DNA of 33,552 nt from Catajapyx aquilonaris. Its lineage: Eukaryota. The notes beneath the pieces were generated by a model. That model was not told the origin of the DNA and did not search any database. It saw only the letters and a list, made by a program, of their open reading frames with translations. Within the stretch, counting starts at the first letter, position 1. The number at the start of each line of letters is the position of its first letter. Below, one piece after another: positions 13,573 through 27,800 of this stretch. The stretch is taken from NCBI GenBank assembly GCA_000934665.2, contig KZ539101.1, positions 1 to 33,552 on the forward strand, read 5' to 3'. The position numbers and the translations under genes were made by a program.

Positions 13573-14312
13573 ATTAGATCAAAAACTTTCCCTTCGGTAA
13601 AAAAAAGAGAAGTAAGACCTCCGCGGCGGAATGAAAGTACTGAAACAAGGCAGGCGCACGTAAGACCTTCACCAATTGATTTAAGCTGTACCATAGGTCT
13701 TACTCAAGCAATTCCCAATTCACTGCTCATGAAATCTCCTTTCTGAAACAAATCTTTGGAATTTCTGTCGTACTACTAGTTACTTCTAACTTGGCAGTAC
13801 CAGTGTAGTGCAATGGTACTGCTAAGTCAGCAGTATTAGTTTTCCATGAGCCACTCCATATTAGTGTTTTATGAAATTAGGAACTTCAATATTAAGCACA
13901 TTGAATTTCTATGCGATTAGTGCGAATTATTGCCATTAAACATTCATGCACAATCGTCACCTCTTTTAGATGCTGATTTTAACTCTAACATTTAATTTTT
14001 CACATATAAACGTTAATTGGTGAATTTTAGAGGGTCTTTTTCGATTGGACCAAGTCCGTTAGAATGGGTTTAGTTTTCCCCCCATTTTTTTCCTTTCATA
14101 ATAAAATCCTACCTACTGCTCTGAGTAGTTTGCAGCAGTCGTTTCACGAGACGTTCCATACCGTACCTGAGAATTGCTTGAGTAAGACCTATGGTACAGC
14201 TTAAATCAATTGGTGAAGGTCTTACGTGCGCCTGCCTTGTTTCAGTACCTTCATTCCACCGCGGAGGTGTTACTTCTCTTTTTTTTACTGAAGGGAAAGT
14301 TTTTGATCTAAT
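13573..14312. repeat. 142-bp inverted repeat pair (13573-13714 / 14171-14312), probable TE ends, Helentron/DINE-1-like
   Basis: ATTAGATCAAAAACTTTCCCTTC...GGTCTTACTCAAGCAATTC and its near-exact reverse complement 456 bp downstream. Each arm has a small TCCGC-G-GCGGA-type hairpin and GTAAGACC/GGTCTTAC internal inverted motifs. Confidence 0.8.
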
Positions 14313-14741
14313 TTCAGTTCTTTTTTGACAGTACACATAACTTATGCTCTGCACTATACAGTCTGCACTATGAATGCATTGGAGACGATTTTTTCGTCGC
14401 TTAGAAGTCCCTAAAATTATTTTCACAGAGACAGTCGTAAAAAAAACCAAAGAGGAGTGCTACCAGCCAACGGTTAGTCTGATTTAATTATTATGAAATA
14501 GCCTATACGCTAAAATATACGGAATATATACATTGAGAACTGTACCAGACGATACAAAAAACACAAAGGTACATTAAAGTTGGGTGAAAACCCAACGGCG
14601 ACAGTACGACTCGGCGTCGCTCATCTTGCTGATCTTGTCCTCCTTTGACCCACAACAATATATGAGGTGGTAAACAACAAGTGACGTTTCTAGGTGATGG
14701 CGTAACGAACAAATGAAGTAATGACAGAAAAAATACGATGT

Positions 14742-15125
14742 AAAAAAATCGCAGCTCCAATCCTGCAGCAGGTGGAACTGTGATATTTTGAACATAGATC
14801 CGCACCATCCCACTGCACCTTGGGCCCTTGGACGAAGAAACCAAATTCCGAATAGTTATTGAGCAAAAAAAATTGAGACGTATTTTTTGGTGGTTAAAAT
14901 TTTTTTGCGGCGTTTTGAAGAGGAATTAAGTAAAAGTGTAAATGGTAGGAAACGATGGTAGGAAACGATGGTGGGGATCTGTGTTCAAAATTTGGAAGCT
15001 CTACCTACAGCAGAATCTGAGTTAGGGCGATTGAAAAAAACGTGAAGAAGAAGAAGAAGAAGAAGAAGAAGAACAAGAACCAGGAAAAATTCATTGTTGA
15101 AATCTATGCTACGGTCTTACTTAAG
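14742..15125. mobile_element. Probable non-autonomous Helitron/Helentron-like (HINE) fragment with internal inverted repeat and (GAA)n
   Basis: Imperfect IR ~14742-14810 vs ~14968-15033 (core ATTTTGAACATAGATCCGCACCATC / GATGGTGGGGATCTGTGTTCAAAAT), (GAA)n 15044-15073, and GGTCTTACTTAAG at ~15113 matching the motif in the 13573 repeat. Confidence 0.45.
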
Positions 15126-15992
15126 GGCTATGAAGCCACGCATTCGCATGCTGCATTGCAGAGCAATATGTATGGGGAACTATAATTATATTCCTCCGAC
15201 TCTATAGCCTTTATTTGTTAAGGCTGCTGAGGAAGCCCAGGCTGAGATCCGCAAACATTGCCGTTTTATGAAACATTCGACAATATATTTGGATAATTGG
15301 AACCGGTCCATTCCCTCTGGTGGCGATGGGTTTCAGTGCCTAATCAGAGGAAACCATTACGCCTTGTAAGATCACCCTGTGTATAGGGGGGTGGTCGCGG
15401 ACTAAATCCGGACTAAATAATTTGGGAAGGAAGGAGGAAATTAGCATACCGTATACGGTCAGGGATTTTTTTGTAACTTACTCTTTTAGCGCGCCTTCTT
15501 TCCTTGCTGCCGTCTCCCGGAAGGCCTTTGTTTTTAATGGCGGTTTTTAATGTTTTTTATGATGCGACCCACGGCCGAGGAGTTATTGTATAATCATGCA
15601 GTATAGGTGTATAGTGACTGAGTAAACTTGTTAGGCATATCGGCTTTCTGAGAGCCGGACGATTCTACAAAGTTTATTTTGCACACCCTGTAGATGAATT
15701 CTTTCCCGGCATTTTACAATCAAAAGGACTACAACGAATTTAAATGATTAATTTTGGCGCGAAGTTGTTATTCATTAATGTCACTCCTACATCGAATTTT
15801 GAAAACAAAAAAAAAGAAGGAAAGAGACGGCCCAAAACTTGTCAAAGGGTTATTAAGGGTGCGCAATTTGAAAATACAGTTCCCACCTTTGTTTCCAACA
15901 ATGGCTGTGATTCAAGGTGGCGAACAGAGCCTATACCCAATGTTTGTACAACAATACAGGGCGATCCTACAGTCTGTACGTACACATAGGTA

Positions 15993-16115
15993 CACTGTAC
16001 TGCCGATTATTATCCAAGCTAATGGACTGCACGGGTGTTGCCGGATAATTGGGAAACACGGACAATCGGAAAATGGTCCTGGAAAGGGAGCTATTCACAG
16101 GTTGTTGATGTACCA
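15993..16115 (-). mobile_element. Truncated copy (one end) of the Tigger-like MITE family
   Basis: TA|CACTGTACTGCCGATTATTATCC...GCTAATGGACTGCACGGGTGTTGCCGGATAAT matches the reverse complement of 18140-18205 and the copy at 33346. Confidence 0.7.
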
Positions 16116-16786
16116 CTGGACGAAGAGCATGCTGCTTGGTTAATCCAAAAAATAAAACTGACCATAGAATTTTACTTTGCCTTCTAGAGAAAGTATGGTA
16201 TAATTTTTCGTTGGCGAGACATTGATATTGCTATTGGGTGGAATTTCCGTACCACTGCTACTAGGCCTACCAGTAGTACCAGTGTTGGCACTGGTACTGC
16301 TAACTTAGCAGTATACACTATATCTAGCAGTGGGAGAAAAATTCGAGACATTTTTTCGGACTGAAATGTTTATATTATGGCGATGCACGGATTATAATTA
16401 AATTGAAGGGGCGTGAAAAAAGAGTGTAGTTGGGCCATCTGTTGGACCCACTCCGCACTGGCCCTGTCCTGGTCAGCAGGCCCTGGCACCTTTTCTCCGC
16501 CTGACCACGCCATCTCTCGATCAAAGGAGGACCCTCTGCCTACTTCCACTCGAAGCGACCCAAAGAGAGTCGAGGTAGCGCCGTCAGAGGCCTGGCCAAT
16601 CATCTGGATGAGCCAGTCAAACTCACCATTCCCTATATCCACTTTGCATGCTGTTAGTAGCTGTTGTCCTGCTGTACTGTACTCGTATAATAATAATTAC
16701 AGCCATTCCAACACTTTCCGGGAAATACTACTATTCACTTACAATGTTTCCAGCTGAAAAAAAAAGAAGATCTTCCTGGCGATGTA

Positions 16787-18205
16787 CACTCTACTCCCGA
16801 TTATCCGGACGCGGATTATCCGGGCATCGCCAAAACAAAATGAAATGAAAGTCCGGATAATGCCCATGGATGTTTCTGGCAAACAAAGAAATTTAACAAG
16901 CCTTTTTCTACAAGGCAAACTGAAGATCCATGGGAAGTTTTATTAGTTTATTAAACCTTCATTAAACACTATAATTATGTCGACTACTAGACATTTAAAA
17001 AGTGTACATGAAAAGCCTGCGAATAGCTGATTATTATACGATGGCTACGACCATTTTCCGATTACACTAGTCAACAAGGTTTTTGGCACACGAACAATTT
17101 TAGCTGATTCTAATAATCCATTCAGAATTATGCATGGTCAACAATGGTTTTGTTAAATGAGCCATTTCCACTCATGTTTATTACGTATTAGTATGCGCTG
17201 AGTTTGAATTTCAAGTCAAAATATTTCTATCGGTATCCATTTTCTTGTAACAGGCCTTACTCTCTCGAGAGTAGGCCTATATTTTGCGTAGCTCGATATT
17301 ATTAATTTATTGGGCAACATTGGGTTTTGCTTAAGGCACCATCTTTAGTGTCTGTCATGTAAGTTATGAGTGGGCGCTGATTGTGAATACCAAGTCATAA
17401 TTTTAATATCGGCATCAATTTATTTTTTTTGTAACGAGCGTATACCTTGTTTTCTAGTATTACTGCACATTTGCTCATTATTGTCACCAGATTGTCACCT
17501 TACGCATAATTTTTGTAAACATTATTCATATAAGGATTTTGGTATACCTACATGGGGGCATCATAACCAATCCATATTAACCATATTAGTCATTGCTCAC
17601 AAATTTATTTCTAAGTGTACGACTTCAGCGGCCTATATATTAAGAGAAGCTTTTTGATACCATAAAAATGCCAATTACTCAAAACCTAAAGGTGATAGAA
17701 AATATCGGTTAACATATTTGAAATCAGTACAAAGAATAAAATAAGAATCATACATATATTATGTACATCGGAAAGATTTTAATTTTGTTGATCAGTGATA
17801 CAAGTCCTTTTTTTTACCTTAAAGTTCCAGCAATTACTCAAAAACTACATGTGATAAAATCAAATGGTGAACAGATTTGAATTTGGGGCGCAAAGTACTA
17901 TATATGAATAATCGCATCTTCATTCGCATGTGCCAAAAGAATTGGAATTTTGTCGATCAGTGTTAAAAGAAAATGTTTGCTATCGTAAAATGACGATTAG
18001 GGCTCAAAAACTCTGTGTGATGGAAAATATTGGTTAACATCTTTGAAGTCAGAGTGTAAAATACAATATACGACTTTCACATTCAAGTCCATGTGCCAGA
18101 GAAAAAAAGTTCAATTTTGTTGACGATAGTGATGTTATCTGGGTTTTCAGATTATCCGGCGACACCCGTGCAGTCATTAGCCCGGGTAAAATTGGGAGTA
18201 CAGTG
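16787..18205 (+). mobile_element. Tigger/pogo-like MITE (~350 bp of own sequence, TA TSD) interrupted by a nested insertion
   Basis: TA|CACTCTACTCCCGATTATCCGG ... CCGGGTAAAATTGGGAGTACAGTG|TA. Joining 17064 to 18138 restores ACCATTTTCCGATTA-TCTGGGTTTTCAGATTATCCGG, colinear with the uninterrupted copy at 15993. Confidence 0.75.
17065..18134 (+). mobile_element. Chapaev3-like non-autonomous element with TTA TSD and triplicated ~160-bp 3' terminal unit
   Basis: Starts CACTAGTCAACAA after TTA (17062-17064). Three diverged units start ~17672, ~17831 and ~17996, each ending AATTTTGT(T/C)GA..AGTG; TTA follows at 18135-18137. Superfamily inferred from CACTG-type termini and 3-bp TWA TSD. Confidence 0.65.
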
Positions 18206-19040
18206 TAATTTCAAGACCCAATTTTGTGCAGTTTTGTTATCAGAAATGACACAATAAGTTTCAATACTTGTTGTCGGAATATGACTCCATTTTACCCGAG
18301 CATTTAAAAAATAAATGCTGTCTCGGATATACTTGTAAGTTTACAAAACATTAATATTCCGTGTGGTAGAGAGACACGATGACATAAAAAAAACATGAGT
18401 GACATCGCAAAAGAGATGGATGGCGGTATATAGACTATACGGCAGCTGCAGCTCCGATCGGAACTGTATAGCACTCCGCACAACGAAAGTTGGCATCCGA
18501 GGGGGTTTTGGAAATGTCACAATTGCTGAGTTCCTAGACCCCGGAAACTTGCGAAACGACACCAAAATGACTACCGCGCACCATCAGGATACGCCGTGTA
18601 AACACGCGATTTTCACTTATACGTCCGCCGTTTATAAAAACTGATGCGCGTGCCTGTACACACAAATTACCCGAAACTTTTGGTAGTTGCTCCAACCCTT
18701 TTAAAAACCTCCATGAGGTGGGTAGAAAGCCTAGAAAGTGAGGGGAGGGGGAAATCGATTTAGGCTCGAGGTGCATGATCCCGTCAAAAAGGGTAAAAAA
18801 AAAAAGTCGGACTAGAAGGATGGCAGGAAAGTGTCGAGGCGAGCCAAGGAAGTGGGTCCAACCGGGTCATTTGCACTCCGGTGGTGGGCGACAGTGATGG
18901 GGGCACATCCCCCCTCAACCGGAATGCACCGTACAGTGACACTCGACCGGAGTTATCCGTGTCTGAAATGGCAGTCGCAAAGGCCCATGTTCATTTCCCC
19001 ATGCCCAGAGCCTGCCTTTCAAAATGAGCGGGTGATCAGG

Positions 19041-19050
19041 GTGACGTCAC
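19041..19050. promoter_or_regulatory. Perfect CRE/ATF palindrome GTGACGTCAC in the putative ETHE1 promoter
   Basis: Exact TGACGTCA ~290 bp upstream of the first ETHE1 splice donor (19340). Function is inferred. Confidence 0.4.
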
Positions 19051-19436
19051 GCGGCTGCTTGGCGCTGACTGGCCAGGCCTCGAACGGCGCTACCCTTTCC
19101 TTTTCCCTCTTCCTTGAACCTTGAAGGGAAAAAAATCAAAACGAAATTAATGGAACGTGTCTTCTTCGGCTGAGGTCCGTCCCTCTAGCTCTCTCTCGTC
19201 TCTACGACAGTCCTTCCTTCCTTCCTTCCTTTGGGCTAATAGAATCTCTGGCTCTGTCCGCTGCAGCAGCAGGCTGTGACGTCTCATATCGTCATCTCCT
19301 GTTAAAAAGTCAACACCACTGCTGCTGCTGCGTCAAAAGGTGAGTCTCCCTTGCCCCCCCACTACTTCCCATCAACCCCAGCCTCTCTCGGCTGCACACT
19401 TACCCACCCCACCACAAACTGCAGCAATTATTATAA

Positions 19437-20487
19437 ATGCACCTGCTCAGGTGCACAAAGGGGTTGGTGGTGGCCACCACCACCTTCCCCCTTATTCTGG
19501 CGCAAAGGGCCAGCAGGGTGAGTCAATCGGTCCAGCCTTCACCAGACGAGATGATTCACTCACACTACTACTCTGTCTGTCTCTCGCAGGCCATGTCCAC
19601 CTCAACGGGATTCTTCTTCAGGCAAATGTTCGACAGGGAGAGCTGCACCTACACATACCTGCTGGCAGACACCAACTCCAAAGAGGCCGTCATCGTCGAT
19701 CCTGTCCTCTCCCTGGCCAAGAGGGACGCGCAGCTCGTCGCAGACCTGGGACTCGTCCTCACCCACTGCATCAACACACACGTCCACGCGGACCACATCA
19801 CAGGCACGGGGCTCCTCAAGCACCTCATCCCAGGGTGCAAGAGCGCCATCTCCACCACCAGCGGGGCACAGGCCGACGTCCTCCTCCAGCCAGGGGTGGA
19901 CAGGGTCACCTTCGGAAGCCACTCCCTGGAGGTGCTCCCAACCCCTGGACACACAAACGGGTGCGTCTCCTACCTCTGCAGGGAGCAGGGCCTGGTCATG
20001 ACCGGGGACGCCCTACTCATCAGGGGGTGCGGACGGACAGACTTCCAGGAGGGGAACTCCAGCACCCTCTACCACTCCGTCCACTCGCAGCTCTTCACCC
20101 TGCCTGACCAGGTCAGGGTCTATCCCGCACACGACTACAAGGGTGAGCACTAGCATTTCCCATTAAATGCAAGGGGCTGAATGCACCCAGTGGATTGTGT
20201 GACCAGGTCCTTTCCACAGGTCAGACGCAGACCACCATTGGTGAAGAGAAGCGCCTGAATCCCAGGCTGAGCAAGACCGAGGAGGAGTTTGTAGAGATCA
20301 TGAAAAACCTCAACCTGGACTACCCCAAGATGATTGGTCAGTGTCGAACTGGGGTGGTGCAGCAGCCCATTCTTGGCCTGACCTCCCACCAACCCTTCTT
20401 TCTCCTCCTCTTGCAGACAAGGCTGTTCCAGCCAACAAAACCTGCGGCCTGCACGACCTCCCAGAAGAGTTCAAGGTGCAGCAGTGA
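19437..20487 (+). CDS. ETHE1: Mitochondrial persulfide dioxygenase ETHE1 (metallo-beta-lactamase fold), 273 aa; join(19437..19517,19590..20142,20220..20336,20417..20487)
   Basis: [26 protein letters not shown] (HxHxDH), [53 protein letters not shown]. All introns GT-AG; total 822 nt in frame. Basic, acid-free N-terminal exon resembles a mitochondrial presequence. Probable 5'UTR intron 19340-19424. Confidence 0.96.
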
Positions 20488-21064
20488 CCACCCCATCCCT
20501 CGCGCTCAATGGAGACTAAGGATTGGCTACAACGACTCAAATGGAGCTCAAGGTCAACACTGTGATGCCAGGACCGAGGCCTTTCCCATTATGTGTGTAC
20601 AGTTCAGAAGACGGAAAGTAAAGTCTATTTTTAATGCAAACAGTTCACTGGTTTTTGCCCACGCCTGCACATAATGTTCACTCATTTCCCCCGTGACTCT
20701 TATGAGAGCAGTACAAATCCTGGTACATACACACTGGGTATTCCTTACTGAGGCACCATGTCCAGTGTGTGGGACAGCAAGAATGTGTTTAGCAGCAGGC
20801 ATGTTTCTGCTGAATGGAGGGAGTCTGTCACATGCAGGTTTCCCTTGAATCCCCCAGTTGTGGCCCTTGAAACCACAAAAGGGTTGCACAAACTCACGTT
20901 TTTAGGCAGGTCCAGGTACCAACCTCCAGTAATAGTCCCACTCTTTTCGTGCGTGGCCCAGGTGTGTCTTGTTCCTGCTGCCCTCTGGAAATTGCGTGAC
21001 AGTTAAGTTGATGGTCCTCCCCAGGGTTAATTACTCCACAACCTTGTAGGAAACTGGTGACAAT

Positions 21065-21070
21065 TTTATT
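21065..21070 (-). terminator. AATAAA polyadenylation signal of LSM5
   Basis: TTTATT on the + strand, 100 nt past the LSM5 stop codon. Confidence 0.6.
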
Positions 21071-21170
21071 TTGTTTTGTGTTCATCAGATGAAATGATAC
21101 AGGGGAAGTGGATGCAAATGGAGGTGCAGACTATGGTTTGAGCCCCCACCTCCTCCTCCGTCTTGAGGTC

Positions 21171-21608
21171 CTACACGGCGTCTGGCCCCTCACCTCCCGG
21201 CACCAACTGCAAAGAGGGAGAGTGAGTGAGTGGCTGGGGCTGTGGTGTGTGGGCTTTGCCATGTATACCATGGTGATGTTGTTTCCGTTGAGGAGGATCT
21301 GGTCCAGCTTGGTGACCCTCTTCCCCTCCGGAGTGGACTCGTACTCCGTGACGTCCTCCAGCACCATGTTGACAAAGTCGTCGAACCCCAGCAGGGTCCC
21401 CACCATCTCCTTGTCGTTCTTCATCACAATGTGGATGCGGCTCCCTATGCACTTGTCCACCAGCTCTGGATCACCACCCAACGTGAGACAAACAGGGAGA
21501 GAGAGATTAGTAGCATGTTGTTGGCATGTCCCACACGAGTGCAGCTGTAGTATACTGACCCAGCGGTAGGAGTGTGGATGGGTTGGTGACGGTGGATGCG
21601 GCGCACAT
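21171..21608 (-). CDS. LSM5: U6 snRNA-associated Sm-like protein LSm5, 93 aa; complement(join(21171..21206,21269..21465,21560..21608))
   Basis: [97 protein letters not shown] introns; 282 nt in frame. Confidence 0.97.
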
Positions 21609-23831
21609 CTCTCCCTCTCTCTCTCTCTCTCTCTGCCTGTGTTGTTCTTGTCTTGTCCTTCCTTCGAGGCTTCGAGTCTAGAGACAACCAGAGTACCAGA
21701 CCAACAGAGACGCACACGACGACACAATGACAACGCGTGTGATGCCGGCCGGTTGTGGCTTGTGTGGGTCCGGGTGCGTTCCCTACCTCTGCCCTCCTGC
21801 TCCTTGTTCCTTGGGTTTACTGGGAGGGGGAAACAGACGGAACCACCCACGCCCACAAGAGAAAAGAGAAAGAGTTTACACAATTATTACTCTGATCAAC
21901 CAAAAATATGACTGCGCAATATTCCGGGCCCAATCATTTCGCATTCGGCACGACAATCAGGTCGTCGCGTCGGAAAGAAAGCCCCCCCCCCCCCCCCCCA
22001 AAAAAAAAAAAAAAAAGTTGCGCCGCCACCACCTGTTCCGGTTCAGTTCCCTCGTCTATTATCTGGTTGTGGGGGAAGGGCGGGCGGGGAGGAGGGAGTG
22101 GGTGGGCGGGGAGGAGTTTGAACGCAGGGCGGGAAGGAGGGTCAATCACAATAAATGGCAGGTCACAGCTGCACAGGGGATCCCCCAAATGGTCCATGAC
22201 AAATAAAATGGCAAGCAGCTGCTGGGTACTCGGCATCTGCTGCGTACCACCAGTATACTACTCATTGCGTCCATCAATGACAGGTTATTATAAGTACCTT
22301 ATTGCTGCTGCTGTGGTTCTGCAGGAACAACGTCATATTGGCCTACTACACAACCCTAATCACGTGGTCGATATTAAGCACCATCAACCTGCACTTAGAA
22401 GAGCGATATGCACCACCTCACTTGAGCGCTCCTTGCTTCCCAGAACCAGCGGAAAACAAAAATCTCTGGTACGAGTGCACCCACAACATACCAGGGGGAC
22501 CGTAAGTGTCCGAGGCCAGCTTTTAAATTGCTGCAGCAAAGGCATCTTTAGCCTGGACTTGGCTGCACAAAAAACACCTTGGGTCATGACTGATTGGATG
22601 ACCTGAACAAGCAACAATGACTGCCCTGTCTCAATCCAGCAAATGTTGAGCAGCCACCACACCCACCAATAATTATTCCTAGATCACACTGAATGACCTT
22701 GGTAGAGCAAGGGCCCTTGAAGTGAATGCTTGCAGATTTAAAAAATCACCATTAACGCAGGACACTTCCTGTTGCTGTGGCCTTTTTCGCATTTCATGTC
22801 AAGTGTGTGGGGTAACAGCATTTCACTCTTGGCTCGGAACAATAATGTTACCCTGTGACTGCCCTACTGCCCTTTAGAGGACCCCAGCCTGATTTTATTC
22901 AATTGCTGCGCTGCTCAAGGACTTTGGTTGGAGAAGGGAAGAGGAGAACCCAGAAAAAAAAGCCACTTGAACATGGGACAGAACCAACTGAAACCCTTTC
23001 TGCAGGAAGAACTCCTCCGCCCAACCTGTGGATCAAGGACCACTGAGGTTAAAAGCTGTGGCAGCCACCACTGCGCCACTTCTAGTGGAGTGGTGGAAAA
23101 TTAATGGAGAAGCACGAGTATCGCCTCCTGGCAGAGTTTTTTCCCTTTACGTGAAGCAGCTTCAGGTAGAGGAAAAGCACTGTGCTGTCCTTACAATTAT
23201 TATTATTATTATGCAACCACACCATATTTTAAGCACTCTGCTCAACTTCAGCCATTGCTCCCTTGGGCTATTTAATAACATGGCATTAATTCAGAAATTA
23301 GGCAGTAGGATGGATTTACCAGTCCTCCAATTCCAGCAGGCCTCAACACGCGGTGGCTCGCACTTTCCAAATTTATGTGGGATGCAAGTGGGTGAAAACA
23401 AAACCCTGACGTGAAGCACTGCACATTTTGATTGAGCCCAAGTCAAGCCCAGCGAGATTGTTGTGACTGAGGGTTGGAAACGAAATGAAAAGACTTTGGC
23501 TACAGTGACTCATCGAAAAACTCCAAAACTCTTTGTTTTAGCATGTCTCTCTCTCTCATACACACTCTCTCTCTCCAATCGATAATAATAATATAATCAA
23601 TCATTGAAAACTGGGGGCAAAATCACAAGCACGCACCAAAAAAAAGCCATTATTTCCCCCCGTCATTGCTGTCATCTTCCCAGCCACTGGAAACTGGAAT
23701 GTCTCGAGCTCTGATGTGGCTGCCAAAAAAAAAAAAAAAAAAAACAGGAAGGGAAAAATACATTTTGGTTTATATACCAAGTGGGAGGGATGGAACAGGA
23801 GCCAAACGCGCAATAGGTGTGGGCACTGCCC

Positions 23832-27079
<3,248 letters not shown>

Positions 27080-27800
27080 GCCCGAGCCAAGAAGTGCCTG
27101 CAGCAGCTGCGACCAAGAGTGGACTGATGATGGGTGGTGTAGGGCTCCTCCTCTCTCAGCCCTTGGAGCACAGCATGCCTCGTTCCTCCGGATGACTAGA
27201 CGATGGCCACCACCTGCTTCTGCGTGTCCTCGAAGCCCCCCTCTCTCTCTCCTTCTCTGTCACTCCAGGCTGTGGTTCGACTGTGGTGGCCTGTCCTACC
27301 TCCTCTCCACTCGGTCTGTCCTCCTCTGTCCACTGAGTATAGAGGCGGGGCAGCCGGATAACCGCCAGGCCTTCCTTCCCTGTAGACACCACCTCCTGTC
27401 GTCGTCCGTCCGTCTGTGTGGATGAGTCCGGCCCTGCTGCCCTGGAGAGTGCGTCAGTGTCACTCTGTCGACGAGTGTCTGTCTGGCTGGCGGTGTAGCT
27501 GCAGTGCACGACAGACCTCGGACCTCGGAGAAGAAGAAGGCGAGAGAGAGAGAGAGAGAGGAACGACGTGTCGGCGGACACGGGCAGGGTGGCCAGCTCC
27601 AAGGAGGGGTGGGGAGAGGGAGGAGGGGGAAGGAGGAAGGAGGGAGGAGATCTTCAACAATCATCTGGCCACCCTGGAGAGGGCAGCTCCTTTCAGACGG
27701 TCCCGCCAGGAACCGCCACTGGATCACTCAAAATGGCAGCCCCCACGTCTCGTCAGCAGCACTTCTTGTAGAGGAGGACATCAATCCCGATTCCCGAAGA
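27080..27800. promoter_or_regulatory. Putative bidirectional promoter and 5'UTRs between head-to-head ARL1 and SMIM20
   Basis: Divergent start codons ~720 bp apart; GC-rich, CT-rich then GA-rich; YY1-like CAAAATGGC at ~27729. Confidence 0.55.

Noticed and set aside
16622..16630. ATG|GTGAGT on the minus strand as first exon of a large gene spanning the left half
   Set aside because: I could not find any downstream coding exons in 1-16,400 to support it.
17672..18134. CRISPR-like or satellite array
   Set aside because: Eukaryotic context; three diverged ~160-bp units with no repeat-spacer structure, explained as TE terminal duplications.
18400..18813. Possible Academ-like transposon end (AAGTCGGACTA)
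   Set aside because: No matching opposite terminus or TSD found in the window.
19340..20107. 255-aa overlapping ORF and antisense ORFs over ETHE1
   Set aside because: Shadow frames of a GC-rich coding exon.
19590..20142. Bacterial-type beta-lactamase or horizontal transfer
   Set aside because: Spliceosomal introns, a presequence and ETHE1-specific motifs indicate the ordinary metazoan gene.
21908..22606. 232-aa ORF
   Set aside because: Runs through poly-C/poly-A homopolymers; no recognisable homology.
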